Assembly (NCBI GenBank): GCA_000092065.1
Contig: CP000584.1
Strand: one strand, 5' to 3'
Length of the DNA stretch: 64,000 bases
DNA from: Ostreococcus lucimarinus
Taxonomy: Eukaryota
Both the position numbers and the translations under genes were made by a program. The notes beneath the pieces were generated by a model, which worked only from the letters and a program-made list of their open reading frames with translations, did no database searches and was not told the origin of the DNA. Shown piece after piece: positions 47,762 through 59,063 of the stretch; position 1 is the first letter of the stretch; each line of letters begins with the position of its first letter.

Positions 47762-49183
47762 ATGCGCTGGGTGGCGTGCAGAGCCGCGTCGGGCGACGCC
47801 CCGCCGAGTCCTCGGTTCGGGCACACCGCCACCGCGTGCGCGGGCGGGCGTTACGTCGTCGTTTTCGGCGGTCTCGATCGCGCCTCTGCGAGCGCGACCA
47901 AGGGCGCGCTGAACGACGTCGTCGTTCTGGACGTCGCGCAGGACGCGTGGTTCAGGCCGCGCGCGGCGAACGTCGACGCACCGCCGCCGCGCGCGTTTCA
48001 CTGCGCGTGCGCGACCGGCGATGGGCGATGCGTCGTCGTGACGTGCGGGCGGGACGGACGCGCGCAGCACGGCGACGCGTGGCGGTTGGACTGCGAGACG
48101 TGGACGTGGACGCGGTTGACGCGCGCGGAGACGACGCCGAGGGATTTCGCGAGCGTGGCGGCGGTCATGGGTGAGGATTCCATAGTCATGTTCGGCGGAT
48201 TCGATGGTAAAGGATGGATCGGGGAGGCGGAGACGCTGACGAGGGCGAGCGAGAGCGACGCCTCGTGGACGCCGACGGAGGCGAAGCCGGCGCGGTTGGA
48301 GGCGATCGAGGCGGTGACGTCGCACATCGCGGGTGGGAGTGGGCGAGCGACGCCGGAGCCGAGGAGTGGGAGCGCGATGGTGGCTCACGGGCCGAATTTG
48401 TTGATCTACGGCGGGCAAGGGGCGAACGGGAGCGCGTTCAACGATACGTGGTGCCTGAGGCGCGAGAGCGACGGAGGCTGGCGATGGGTTCGGCTCGTCT
48501 TGCGCGGATCGCCGCCTACGTCGAGGGCGGGTCATGGGATGTCGATGATATCCGCGGGCGGAATCGCGGCGCCGAATGTCGTCGTTACGGGAGGCGTCGG
48601 CGACGACGGATGGCTCGTCAAGGAGAGAACTTATTTTGACGACGCGTATTTTTTAGATGGAGACAACGCCAAATGGCAAAAGCTAACGTTTAGTGGCGAA
48701 GGCAACGGGCCGAGCTCACGCGCGTACCACACGCTGACGCAGGTGAGCCTGCACAAGTGCTTGTGCTTTGGTGGATTCAACGGCGCAAACGCGTGCAACG
48801 ACGCGTGGTGGCTCGTCGCGGACGATATGGAATACGCCGACATCACTGCCGAGGCCAGAGCGTCGCCTCGAGCGCTCGTCGATGCACTTCGCGCGAAAAT
48901 CGATGAGAATCGATGCCACGCGAAGATCGACGTCTTTGACGGCAATGACGCGGCGTTCCGCCACCATATCGCGTCTTGCGATGCAGACGACGTGCGCTTG
49001 GGCGACGTCCCCAAATTGATGTGCGAGTACGTCGCCGCCACGGCGAACTTAGGTTTACCCGACGAGCATCGTCGGGAGGACGGACAGGGTAGGTTTCGTC
49101 ACTGTGATCCACAGACAATGAAGCTGCGCGACGTCAGTGACGCGCTCACGGAATTACAAGGCGCTTACGTCGCCAACGCGTAG
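47762..49183 (+). CDS. Kelch-repeat (beta-propeller) protein.
   Basis: There are repeated blades with PxxRxGH...VVFGG/IYGG...W motifs (SPRFGHTATACAGGRYVVVFGG; AFHCACATGDGRCVVV; SGSAMVAHGPNLLIYGG; RAGHGMSMI; RAYHTLTQVSLHKCLCFGG). Confidence 0.7.
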   Translation: MRWVACRAASGDAPPSPRFGHTATACAGGRYVVVFGGLDRASASATKGALNDVVVLDVAQDAWFRPRAANVDAPPPRAFHCACATGDGRCVVVTCGRDGRAQHGDAWRLDCETWTWTRLTRAETTPRDFASVAAVMGEDSIVMFGGFDGKGWIGEAETLTRASESDASWTPTEAKPARLEAIEAVTSHIAGGSGRATPEPRSGSAMVAHGPNLLIYGGQGANGSAFNDTWCLRRESDGGWRWVRLVLRGSPPTSRAGHGMSMISAGGIAAPNVVVTGGVGDDGWLVKERTYFDDAYFLDGDNAKWQKLTFSGEGNGPSSRAYHTLTQVSLHKCLCFGGFNGANACNDAWWLVADDMEYADITAEARASPRALVDALRAKIDENRCHAKIDVFDGNDAAFRHHIASCDADDVRLGDVPKLMCEYVAATANLGLPDEHRREDGQGRFRHCDPQTMKLRDVSDALTELQGAYVANA

Positions 49184-49256
49184 CGATCCGATCTCGGTGT
49201 AAGACGACGTCGACATGTGACTATATGAGGGCCAACGAGGTTGCAACGGCACACCC

Positions 49257-51719
49257 GTGCGCTCGTTAAACGCGTTCAATCAACGAAAACGCATGGACGT
49301 CTACATCAATAACTGGGGGCTCGCTCGCGACGCTGACGCCGTCGAGGATGTCGAGCGCACCTCAAGCGTCACAGAAGACGAGCGCGCCTCCCACGAGCGC
49401 GAGCCAATCCCCCGTGCGTTTACCGCGCGAACGAACACGCTCCTCACCGTCGATAGCGATGCGTTCGACGAGCGTGATCATCGCGGGCAACGATATTGCG
49501 CGTGGAAAACCGTGCGCGTGCTGCCGAATAAGGAAAACTTTCTCGAACAGCAATCCATGCGCGATTTATTGGCGCTCGGAGGCGCGACGGATGCGATCGT
49601 GCGCGAAGACGGATCGTCAAACGCGCCGAGCAAATCGATTGATTTCTTGGTGATGATGAATTTGGAGTGCGGGTTTCGACCAGTGGACGTCGTGCGTGCG
49701 ATGTTAGACGAGGCGGCTCGGCGAGGACGACTGATGGACGAAAACATCGCCGCTGTATTGGCGCCGGTGGATAGCGAAGACGCGGGGCGCGCGTTTCGTC
49801 AAGCCTTTTACACAAAACATGATGGCGTGAAGTCAGTCGTCGTACCCTACGAGTCTCGAACGATCTCAAGACGTACTGTGCTAGTGGCACGATTGGGACG
49901 CGCCATGGTGGACTTTGATGAATCGTATGATTCCGTCGAGGATTCCATCGACGATGGCGCGCCGAGCTTCATCATAATCGTGTTTGCGAGCGAGGGCGAG
50001 ACACCGACAAAAAACGTGTACGCGACATCACATACATTAGCTTCATTGATGGGAAGCGCGTTCGTCAAACGTGCACTCGATTGCGACGACGAGACAGAGT
50101 TTCGGCGCGCCGTCCTCGATTATGTGCGCGATAGCATCACCCCGACGGTCGCGTTTGATTGCGACCTTTCGAAGATTCGTCTCCCGTCTCGAATGACCCC
50201 TGGGCAAGGGATTATATCTGACATCAAAAGACGATGGCCTTCGTACGCCGCGGATTGGCTCGACGCATTTCGTGATAAATCGACTATGGTAAGATGCGCT
50301 AGTACGACGATCTGGATCGCAACGACAACCTTCATCCCGGCGCTTGCTCTTGGGCTTTCGATGCAATCCCAGAGCTCGCGGAGGATGACTCACGTTGACT
50401 TTCTACTTTCTGAGGCGTTGTCAAACGTTGCTTGGACCTTAATAGGCGGGCAAAGTTTGTTGATTTTGCGCGTCACGGGACCAACGAAGACGTTTCTAAC
50501 GATTTTGACGTATTGGGCAGACGCGCTACCCGTGGACTTTGTCAGATTTTCTAGTCTCGTCAACATCTACGCGGGTATCATGGTGATGCTGTTCGCTACG
50601 TTCAATGGCGCCGAGCTCGCGTTGGCGATAAATCGGTTTACGTCGGAAAACTTGGCCCTCTTCATTTCGGTGACGTTTGTGTTTGCGGGCTTCGACGCGA
50701 TGGCGACGATGAAAGCAAAGATTGGCGACGACGACGCCAAGTTCCTCAAATATTTCATCCTCCACCTCGGGACGGTTATATTGGCGTTCAAAATTTTAGA
50801 ATTCAGAAAATCGGCGAGCGTTCGCAAGACGGTGCGACTGATCGTCGCCGACTTTGCTCCACTCATGGCTGTCACCGCAATTACGGGGCTCTCTTACGCC
50901 TTTCCAAACGTTGCAGTGGATCGCGTGAACGCGGCGGCGGAGCACTTGCCACGTTGGCCTACCGCGGTAGATTTAGCTTTGAGCGCGCAGCACTGCGCGC
51001 TTGCCCTTGTACCCGCGTTGATGTTTGCCGTGCAGATCATTCTGGAAACGAATATTTGCGCCATGCTCGTCGCGAGACCGGAGAATAAGCTTCGTAAAGG
51101 CACGGCGTTCAACTGGGACATGTTCCTTATCGGTGGTTTCACGGTTGCGACCGCGTGTTTCGGACTGCCTCCTAGTGTCCCGGCTCTGCCACACTCGCAC
51201 CTACACGCGAAGCTGCTCGGTAACTCAGTCGAGAGCAAGCGACACGGGATCATTCGCTCTCGCGTGCACGGCGCAACGGAAACGCGAGTGACGAACTTTG
51301 CCGCACACGTTATCACGTTCATAGTCGTCGTGTGTTTTCGCTCAACGTTCGGACACATACCAATCGCTTCGCTTTCTGGTTTTCTCGTGTATATGGGCTT
51401 GGCGAGCCTCGGCTCGAATCAACTTGTCCGTCGACTGCCCGGCGGGTTTGGAAGCATTGTTCCCACAAAGTTTCTACGACGCGTGCCCAAACGCATCATT
51501 TACGCGTACACTGCAGTTCAGTTACTCGTCTTCGGTGCCATCTTCGCTTGTCGGATGTCAGCTTCGCGCGCTCCCGCCTTCGCGGCGACGTATCCCGCGA
51601 TTTTAGCCTTGAGCGTGCCGTTTTCGTTCATCGCGCTCCCGAGGATGCTGGGATCGTATTTTGCGCACGTGTTAACGACGTCAGCGGAAGAAGAGAATAT
51701 CGTTGGATTGTTTTATTGA
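49257..51719 (+). CDS. SLC4-family anion exchanger / boron transporter-like protein (HCO3_cotransp membrane domain with an N-terminal cytoplasmic domain).
   Basis: DIKRRWPSYAADWLDAF...TTFIPALALGLSMQ...LIGGQSLLILRVTGPT parallels the BOR1/AE1 membrane-domain start (GIKxDxKRRLPxYxSDW...GGQPLLILGV). It has about 12 predicted helices and a ~330-aa N-terminal soluble domain. Confidence 0.8.
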   Translation: MRSLNAFNQRKRMDVYINNWGLARDADAVEDVERTSSVTEDERASHEREPIPRAFTARTNTLLTVDSDAFDERDHRGQRYCAWKTVRVLPNKENFLEQQSMRDLLALGGATDAIVREDGSSNAPSKSIDFLVMMNLECGFRPVDVVRAMLDEAARRGRLMDENIAAVLAPVDSEDAGRAFRQAFYTKHDGVKSVVVPYESRTISRRTVLVARLGRAMVDFDESYDSVEDSIDDGAPSFIIIVFASEGETPTKNVYATSHTLASLMGSAFVKRALDCDDETEFRRAVLDYVRDSITPTVAFDCDLSKIRLPSRMTPGQGIISDIKRRWPSYAADWLDAFRDKSTMVRCASTTIWIATTTFIPALALGLSMQSQSSRRMTHVDFLLSEALSNVAWTLIGGQSLLILRVTGPTKTFLTILTYWADALPVDFVRFSSLVNIYAGIMVMLFATFNGAELALAINRFTSENLALFISVTFVFAGFDAMATMKAKIGDDDAKFLKYFILHLGTVILAFKILEFRKSASVRKTVRLIVADFAPLMAVTAITGLSYAFPNVAVDRVNAAAEHLPRWPTAVDLALSAQHCALALVPALMFAVQIILETNICAMLVARPENKLRKGTAFNWDMFLIGGFTVATACFGLPPSVPALPHSHLHAKLLGNSVESKRHGIIRSRVHGATETRVTNFAAHVITFIVVVCFRSTFGHIPIASLSGFLVYMGLASLGSNQLVRRLPGGFGSIVPTKFLRRVPKRIIYAYTAVQLLVFGAIFACRMSASRAPAFAATYPAILALSVPFSFIALPRMLGSYFAHVLTTSAEEENIVGLFY

Positions 51720-52321
51720 TCATGTAATGCTACCACTCGCTAGTACTTCACCTGCACCTGCGTTGAAAGTACGCGTCAGTACGAGTTCAATCGAATCCCC
51801 GCACAAAAAAAATGGCGTCGACGGATGATTTTCGTTTGCTGCAGACAAATGCCTCTTTTATCGATCATGTGCTGTCGAAACAGCGCTTGCAGTCGCGAAG
51901 ACCGCGAGGTCGCAAGCTGTCAGATTCGTCATCTAATATTTTCGTCATCATCGCAAACATCATCCGTCCGTACGCGTTCAAAACAAAAACAAATGTCGCT
52001 TCGCCGCCGCAAAGACGTCGTCGTGACGACCCCGCCTCGCGCGTCGTCGAAGAATATCAATGTCCCTACTCACCCAAGGTGCGCAATCAGGTGAAGAATA
52101 TTGACACTCTGACACTGTGAGAGGTTTCGCGATCGCGTCCGTCGCGGGCAGAAAATCTTCTCGTCGGCGTGCGTTCAGAATCGATACCGTTCTTCAATGA
52201 CGCGCTCAGAAGCAGAACTGGCGTGTTTGCAGGTATTTATCATCGCGACGCAGCGTCGACGTCCCGCGCGCGTCGCGTCCCGCGCGCGCCTTCGTTCGCA
52301 TCGCGTCGCGTCGCATCACCC

Positions 52322-52361
52322 GCACGCACCGCACCGCACCGCACCGCACCGCACCGCACCC
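52322..52361 (+). repeat. (CACCG)n pentanucleotide microsatellite, about 7 copies, upstream of the lipoyl synthase gene.
   Basis: Read directly: cgcacgcaccgcaccgcaccgcaccgcaccgcacccc. Confidence 0.85.
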
Positions 52362-52609
52362 CGCGCGCGCCGTCGTCGCGTCGCGCGTCGCCTCGCCGGC
52401 GGCGGCATCGTCGACCGCGCGTTCGCGCCCTCGACGCCGCCGCGCGCGCGCGCGCGCGACGCGCGCACCGATTCACCGCGCGCGCGTCGCGCGTCGCGCG
52501 TCGCGTCGTCGCGCGCGCTCGAATCGGCGCGTCGTCGCGCGCGCGCGCGCGCGTCGGCGTCTGACGTCAAACCCTCGCGCGCGACGACGCGGCGCGCGCG
52601 ACGGCGGCG

Positions 52610-53815
52610 ATGCGCGCGCGCGAATCGCCGCCGACGACGACGGCGACGGCGCGTCTCGCGCGACGACGCGACGCGCGCGCGCGGAGACGCGCGCGCGCGA
52701 CGACGCGGGCGTCGAACGATGACGAGACGGAGCGCGCGCGGTTGGAGCGAGGCGACGCGTTCGGCGAGCTCGTCGCGCTCGCGGCGTCGAACGGGGTCGT
52801 CGTCGAGCGCAGAGTGGACGCGCGGACGGTCGCGGCGGCGATGTGCGGACCGACGGCGACGACGGTGGCGAACGCGGGGACGGGCGGGGAAACCATCAAG
52901 GGGCTGCCGCCCGGGTTGAAGAAACCGCCGTGGTTGCGACAGCGCGCGCCGAGCGGCGAACGGTTTGATTATCTCAGTGAATCGCTCACGGGGTTGAAAT
53001 TGAACACGGTGTGCGAGGAGGCGATGTGTCCGAACGTCGGGGAGTGCTGGAATGGGGACACGGGGACGGCGACGGTGATGTTGCTCGGGGATACGTGCAC
53101 GCGCGGGTGCCGATTTTGCGCGGTGAACACGTCGCAGACGCCGCCGCCGCCGGATGAGAATGAGCCGGAGAACACCGCGCACGCGATCGCGGAGTGGGGT
53201 GTGGGGTATATCGTGCTCACGAGCGTCGATAGGGATGATATTCCGGACGGAGGGAGCGAACACTTTGCGCGCACGGTTCGCACGTTGAAGACGATTAAGA
53301 GTTCGGTGCTCGTCGAGGCGCTGACGCCGGATTTCCAAGGTGATATGAACGCGGTGGCACACTTAGCGCGATCGGGATTGGACGTTTTCGCGCACAATGT
53401 AGAGACGGTGGAGCGATTGCAGAAGCGCGTCCGCGATCCGCGCGCGAATTACGAACAATCGCTCGCGGTTTTGCGTCACGCCAAGGCGTCCAAGGAAGGC
53501 TTGGTGACGAAGACGTCCATCATGCTCGGTTTGGGTGAAGAAGACGAGGAGATCAAGCAGTGTATGCGCGCGTGCAAAGAGGCTGGCGTTGATATTTTCA
53601 CTCTGGGACAGTACCTCCAACCGACGCCGCAGCACCTGCCCGTGAAGGAGTTTGTGACGCCGGAAAAGTTTGACTTTTGGAAGGCGTACGGGGAAGAGGT
53701 GATCGGTTTTAGATACGTCGCCTCGGGCCCGCTCGTGCGAAGCTCGTACAAGGCGGGCGAATTTTTCATAGAGAGCATGCTTCGCAAAGACGCTCTCGAT
53801 CGCGGCGAAACGTAA
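52610..53815 (+). CDS. LIP1: Lipoyl synthase (radical-SAM LipA/LIAS) with an organellar presequence.
   Basis: [12 protein letters not shown]...[15 protein letters not shown] (the auxiliary cluster CxxxxCxxxxxC) and [10 protein letters not shown] (the radical-SAM CxxxCxxC) are present. Downstream lipoyl-synthase blocks follow ([18 protein letters not shown]...PDF.GD...[13 protein letters not shown]...[10 protein letters not shown]...[10 protein letters not shown]) to the conserved C-terminus. Confidence 0.9.
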   Translation: MRARESPPTTTATARLARRRDARARRRARATTRASNDDETERARLERGDAFGELVALAASNGVVVERRVDARTVAAAMCGPTATTVANAGTGGETIKGLPPGLKKPPWLRQRAPSGERFDYLSESLTGLKLNTVCEEAMCPNVGECWNGDTGTATVMLLGDTCTRGCRFCAVNTSQTPPPPDENEPENTAHAIAEWGVGYIVLTSVDRDDIPDGGSEHFARTVRTLKTIKSSVLVEALTPDFQGDMNAVAHLARSGLDVFAHNVETVERLQKRVRDPRANYEQSLAVLRHAKASKEGLVTKTSIMLGLGEEDEEIKQCMRACKEAGVDIFTLGQYLQPTPQHLPVKEFVTPEKFDFWKAYGEEVIGFRYVASGPLVRSSYKAGEFFIESMLRKDALDRGET

Positions 53816-53865
53816 GCTCGAATAGGCGTTGTATTTCATTAAATTCATTTCGATACGCGCCGCGT

Positions 53866-54405
53866 TTAGTCGCTCTCCGAATCCTCGTCCGAGTCGCTCG
53901 AGTCCGAATCCTCATCACCACCACCGCCCGCCTTCTTCCCCGCCCCCGGCGCGTATCGATCGACCCCTCCGTCCGCCTCCAGTCTCGCCAAGCGCTGCTG
54001 CTCCCGTCGCTCGCGCACCAATCGCAACTTTTCCATCTCCGCCGCGAGTTCCTTTTTACTCTTTTGCGCCAAAATCTCATCCGCCGACGGTTCCTCGGGT
54101 TTCGGCTTTTCCCGCGGCGCCGTCATCGCTCGCAGATCCGCGTCATCGTCGTCGTCATCGCTCTCGTCCTCGTCCGAGCTGTTCGGCGGCAGCGATCCGG
54201 GCGCGGGTCGACGCGGCGCCTCGTCCTCCTCGCTCGTCTCGTCCTCGTCGTCGTCGTCGTCGCTCTCGTCGCTCTCGTCGCCGTCCGTCGCGTCCTCGCC
54301 GCGCTTGATGCGACGCCACTCCCTCTCCTTCGCCTCGCGCTCCTCTTGGCTCTGGCGATTGCCGCGTCCGCGTCCGCCGCGGCTCGGTTTATATCCGCGT
54401 CCCAT
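53866..54405 (-). CDS. PDAP1/HASPP28-like casein-kinase-substrate phosphoprotein (PP28 family), 179 aa.
   Basis: MGRGYKPSRGGRGRGNRQSQEEREAKEREWRR is followed by acidic Ser/Asp/Glu clusters, a central helical K/E/R segment (ADEILAQKSKKELAAEMEKLRLVRERREQQRLARLE) and a terminal SDSSDSDEDSESD. The layout and composition match PP28. The listed ORF extends upstream to 54942 through junk. Confidence 0.65.
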   Translation of the reverse strand: MGRGYKPSRGGRGRGNRQSQEEREAKEREWRRIKRGEDATDGDESDESDDDDDEDETSEEDEAPRRPAPGSLPPNSSDEDESDDDDDDADLRAMTAPREKPKPEEPSADEILAQKSKKELAAEMEKLRLVRERREQQRLARLEADGGVDRYAPGAGKKAGGGGDEDSDSSDSDEDSESD

Positions 54406-54583
54406 TCGCGACGACGGTCGAGCGCGCGCGATTGTGGCGCCGCACACGCGCGCGCGGCGCGCGGCGCGGTCGCGCGTCGGCGCCGGCGCGTCGACGCGAA
54501 CGCGCGCGATGGCGTCGCCGACGCGGGCGACGCGCGCGACCGCGACGCGCGCGCGAGGGGCGACGCCGACGGCGCCGACGCCG

Positions 54584-56404
54584 ATGCGCGTCGTCGCGAT
54601 CGTCGTCGTCGCGACCGCGCGAGGCGCGATGGCGGCGAAAGCGCCGGTGGCGTACCCGCGGGCGCTGCGCGGATCGTTCAGGGGCGAGTGGTGGCTGGAC
54701 GGCGCGAGCGCGAGCGCGGCGACGACGCTCACGCGGGACGGTTGGCGACGGGGGACGTGCGCGCTGACGCTGCGGACGACGTTCGACGCCGATGCGCGCG
54801 TGCACGGCGTCGTCGCGGACGCGACGTTTCGCGAGAGCGAGTACATAGGAAAGGGAGACGCGCACGTGCCGCTGGAGGGGGTGTACGCGGAGACGACGGG
54901 GGGGCTGTACGCGCACGGCGCGGCGAAGACGACGAAGGACATGTTGAGCGCGAGAAACGCCAGCGATCGGGGGACGTGGCGGGAGATGAGCGCGTACAGA
55001 GCGAGCGTGCGGGCGGTGGCGAATGATATTTTAGAGGGAATGGTGGGAGGCTCAGAAACGGCGGAGGGACGGAACCCCGCGCTCGGGGCGCGGGATTCGT
55101 ACCGTCGCGATTCGGGAGTGGCGCGCGCGGGGAAAAGCGCGAGGGCGATGTTCGTCGGTGCGCACGACGCGGGGGTGTACCCGATGGTGTGTCAGTTTAA
55201 GTTACACGCGTACGTCACGCCGGGGTCGTATTCGCTAGCGGATACAACGCAAAAGAGAGACGCGACAGCGTTCGACGACGTCGACGTATTGGAGGCGCAG
55301 GTGGAAGACATGCGACCACTCGAGTTCGCGGACATGGCCGAGAAGACGTCCCTCGTTGGGAAATTCGTCAGCGAAAACTGTGGGTTGACCGTGCACGTCG
55401 CGTTAGAAAGTCAAAAGCTCGAGCATTGGTACAGGCAAGCTCGATTGTACTCGTACGCCATGATCGCCGCGGCGTTGGCACAAGGATACGTCTTGGGGAA
55501 ACAGATCGAGGTCGGAAGCACGCAGGCGGCGATGATGCGAATGTCGCTCGCTTCGATCGGCATGCGTTCGGTGGTTGACTCGTACCTTTGCCTCGCCCAT
55601 CTCACGGGTGGCATCCTCGTGGACGATTTATTCATGCCGCTGGCGCTCGTGGCGCTGTGCTACTTCGTGCTGTTTAGTATACTCGAGATGCGCCTGCTCA
55701 TCGCCGCGTGGCGCGCGCGCACGCCCGATATTACCAACTGGATAGAACTTCGAGTGAACCTCGGTGCGGTGTACTCGAGATTTTACGCCGGATTCATCTC
55801 GGGTCTCTTTGCGATGTATTGGCTCTCCGATCGATTCATCATCTTCTTGTTGCTCGCGAACTCGTATTGGGTTCCTCAAATCGTACGCAACGCCTACCAC
55901 AACCACCGACAAGCGTTGAAGCCTTGGTACGTTGTGACGACGTCGTTCATGCGTTTATCGGCGCCGCTGTACGTGCTCGGGTGTCCGTCCAACTTTCTGA
56001 AGATACGTCCGAACTACTTTCACTGCGCGGTGATGGTCGCGTGGACGACGGCGCAGACGGCGATGTTGCTCGCGCAGTATTACATCAATCCTAGATACGG
56101 ATTCCCCATCGGCATTTTCCCCGAAGTGTACGACTATCATAGGAAAGTATCCGAAGAAGTCCTCGCGCAGTGCGGCGTCGTCGATGAAGACGAAGACGAC
56201 GAGGCGCGCGAACGAGACGTCGAAATGGGCGACGTCGCCGCCGGTCCCGACTGCGTGATTTGCATGAATCCAGTCAAGTTCCGCGCCGTGCACGATCGCA
56301 TGGTGACACCGTGTAACCATTTTTTCCACACAAAGTGCTTGATGCGGTGGATGGACATCAAGCAGGAGTGTCCGACGTGCCGCGGCGCGTTGCCGCCGAT
56401 GTAA
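54584..56404 (+). CDS. Transmembrane RING-H2 E3 ubiquitin ligase of the TUL1/DSC1/FLY1 type.
   Basis: A signal peptide (MRVVAIVVVATARGAMA) and a large lumenal domain are followed by about seven transmembrane helices and a C-terminal RING-H2 (CVICMNPVKFRAVHDRMVTPCNHFFHTKCLMRWMDIKQECPTCR). Confidence 0.75.
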   Translation: MRVVAIVVVATARGAMAAKAPVAYPRALRGSFRGEWWLDGASASAATTLTRDGWRRGTCALTLRTTFDADARVHGVVADATFRESEYIGKGDAHVPLEGVYAETTGGLYAHGAAKTTKDMLSARNASDRGTWREMSAYRASVRAVANDILEGMVGGSETAEGRNPALGARDSYRRDSGVARAGKSARAMFVGAHDAGVYPMVCQFKLHAYVTPGSYSLADTTQKRDATAFDDVDVLEAQVEDMRPLEFADMAEKTSLVGKFVSENCGLTVHVALESQKLEHWYRQARLYSYAMIAAALAQGYVLGKQIEVGSTQAAMMRMSLASIGMRSVVDSYLCLAHLTGGILVDDLFMPLALVALCYFVLFSILEMRLLIAAWRARTPDITNWIELRVNLGAVYSRFYAGFISGLFAMYWLSDRFIIFLLLANSYWVPQIVRNAYHNHRQALKPWYVVTTSFMRLSAPLYVLGCPSNFLKIRPNYFHCAVMVAWTTAQTAMLLAQYYINPRYGFPIGIFPEVYDYHRKVSEEVLAQCGVVDEDEDDEARERDVEMGDVAAGPDCVICMNPVKFRAVHDRMVTPCNHFFHTKCLMRWMDIKQECPTCRGALPPM

Positions 56405-57153
56405 AGGCGCGTCCGACGTCGTTCGCCCTTGTAATCCTAGCCTCTAGTCCTTAGCGAACCACCGCACAGCGACGCGCGCGCGCGACGCACCCGCGTCGCC
56501 GAAACCAACGCGACCGATGACGTCGTTCATCGGCGCCGTCGCGCTCTTCGCGCTCGGCTGCGCCATAGCCGCCGCGCTGCCCCGTCCTCTCGAGGAGGAC
56601 AAACGAACGTGGTCGAGAAAAAGCAAACGTCCCAAGAGTCCGAGTCGCGTCGGCCGCCGCCGCTGAGCGCGCGCCGGTCGAACGGTTCGACGACGCGCGC
56701 GCGAACGCCACCCCGCGCGCGAATCGCGCGCGCGTTCGAACGCGCACCGGAACGACGTCTCGCGTCTTCGCGCCCGCGCGTCACGCGCCGCCGCCGCCGC
56801 CGTCCGCGCCCTCGTCCTCCTCCGCGCACTCGTACGCGCACCCCTCGCGCCCGCGCGGGCGCGACTCCGCGTCCGCCCCGTTCGCGTCCACGACCGGCGT
56901 CCACTTGCGAAACGTCGTCTTCGTCTTCTCCGTCTGTCCCTCGCGCGTCTCGCCCTCGACCCACCTGTCGTCGCCCGATCGTCGCCGTCAGTCCTCGCGT
57001 CGCGCCGTCGCGCGCGCGTCGCGTCGCGCACCTCATCTCCCACGCCTTGACGCGTCCCTCGCGCGCGGCGACGACGTCGCGCGCGTTCCGCGCCTCGAGT
57101 CGCGAGCCGCGCGTGCTCATCTGTGCCGACGCCGCGTCGCGGCACTCGGCGGC

Positions 57154-57428
57154 ATGCGCGCGACGTCGTCGGCGCGCGCGTCGACGTCGACGTCGACGCG
57201 CGCGCGGGCGCGGGCGCGCGCGCCGCGCGGGCGCGCGCGCCGCGCGAGCGTCGCGAGGGACGACGCGTGCGGACGCGAACCGTTGCCGTGGCGCGACGGC
57301 GGCGACGAGACGCGCGACGGCGTGCGACTGGGGCACGCGTCGGCGTTCATCGGGTGGGAGGTGTACCTGGACGATGATCCGGAGACGCTCGTCGGGGTCG
57401 TGGCGGACGTGGCGGCGATGTCGGCGGC

Positions 57429-57466
<38 letters not shown>

Positions 57467-58944
57467 GCGGACGCGAAGACGAAGGCGAGGAAGCGATCGC
57501 GGGCGGACGCGACGCGAAGACGATGACGACGATGACGAAAACGATCGATGGAGATGATTTGAGCGAGGACGAACGGGTGTTTTTGTCGCGGTTGAACGTG
57601 TCGTTGTCCATCGAGGAGGCGTTTGATTCGGACGACGCGTTTGATTCGGACGACGCGTTTTTGCTCCTCGTCGAGGGATTGCACGCGACGTCGCTCGGTG
57701 AGCGACCGCTTCATTACGTTCCGTTCGTGCCGACGATGTTTCCTCGATGGATTCCGAACGCGCAGGCGTTGTTTCTCGATCCGCCCGCGGGGTTGCTGGA
57801 TCTGGCGTTGCGCGAAGTGCAACTCAACGAACTTCGCAACGATTTGTTGCCTTTTTGTCGTACGCTCGGTGCGGATGTGTATGGGATGCCCCAGCGTCTT
57901 TCGTTGATCAAACAAGACCAAAGGCAGCTCGTGAAGCGCGTCGAGGCGCTCGGAGATTGGCGCGAAGTCGCGTTGGAATTGGATTTGAAACCAGACGCCG
58001 CGCCGTGGTATTATTGGGACAACATAGATAATTTAGAAGATGCGTTGTTGAAGCTCGTGGACGCGTTTTGGTTCGAAGAAACGGACGGTGACGACGTGTT
58101 TTGGTATAACGACATCAGCGGTGCGCTGAGAGTGACACCCCCGACCGATGGCGACGGAGGCGGTTTAGACGTGCCGGTGATGCCGACCATGGGCAACTTG
58201 ATGGAGGCGAGACGCTGGGATTTGCACCACGCCGTCGTACTTCACGGAGGATACCGCGCGGTGGCGAAAGAGCTCGGATGGACACACGCGCGACGAATTG
58301 AAAACAGGCACTTGCTTTCCTTCGATGCGCTACGCGAGGAGATTCTTGAGCTCGTCGAAGACGAGTCGCTCGTCGAACTCGGCGTTCGTCCCGGACAGCT
58401 TCCGTGCGCGTCGCAACTCGAAGAGGTTGATCGAGAGGATTTGGTGAAATTCATCAAGATCCACGGCGGATTTTCCGCCGTTGCAAGGCGTTTAAAGCTC
58501 GAGCCTAGCAAAAGTGCTCGAGTGAAGTATCCCACGGTGACCGCTGCGGCGAAGGCGTTAAGAGCATTCGCCGTTGAGCACGACATCACGACGACGATGA
58601 GTCCTCGCTTGACTAAACGAGTCGTCGTCTTCGTGCCTTCCGATACCGAGCTCCGCGAGCACGGACGAAACGATTTGCGGTACGCCCTGCGACAATATTC
58701 CCCACACGTCATAGCCGAGGTTGGTAAGATGAGCTTGCGACAGTCGCGAATGTCGTACGTCGAGGCGAGAGCAGAGCTGCGAAAATGGAAGTTTGAAGTC
58801 GGCAAGCGCTCGGTATTCTTGAATTGGTGCAAAGCTGGGAACAAGCCGTGGAATATGCCAGCAGTTCCTCAAACTTACTACGCTAAAAGTGGCGATTGGG
58901 TGTCGTGGGAAGACTTCATGGGCCGCGGCGAATCGGAACGTTGA
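57154..58944 (+). CDS. Hypothetical protein (~596 aa) with an acidic GAG/GAC-repeat-encoded tract and repeated modules carrying an HGG[YF]xAVA(K/R)xLG(W) motif.
   Basis: Two clear modules are LMEARRWDLHHAVVLHGGYRAVAKELGWTHARRIENRHLLSFDALREEI and LEEVDREDLVKFIKIHGGFSAVARRLKLEPSK. A third, degenerate one is RNDLRYALRQYSPHVIAEVGKMSL. The C-terminus is YYAKSGDWVSWEDFMGRG. The start is ambiguous between 56905 and 57154. Sequence upstream of 57154 is GC-junk-like. Confidence 0.4.
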
Positions 58945-59063
58945 TGAAAGTAAGAGAAATGTTACACTCTCTAGCCGCGGTAGCCGCGTGTACAAACAAA
59001 CTCAAATTCATAGTAGGTAATACGTTCAACACAGCGCCACAGCGCCTTTAGATGGCGCGACGA

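Noticed and set aside
52316-53362. 348-aa minus-strand ORF
   Set aside because: It is antisense to lipoyl synthase, whose radical-SAM motifs unambiguously mark the plus strand. It is Arg-rich junk.
56444-57921. 233- and 464-aa minus-strand ORFs
   Set aside because: They are antisense to the 3' end of the TUL1-like gene and to the hypothetical HGG-repeat gene. The composition is poly-Arg.
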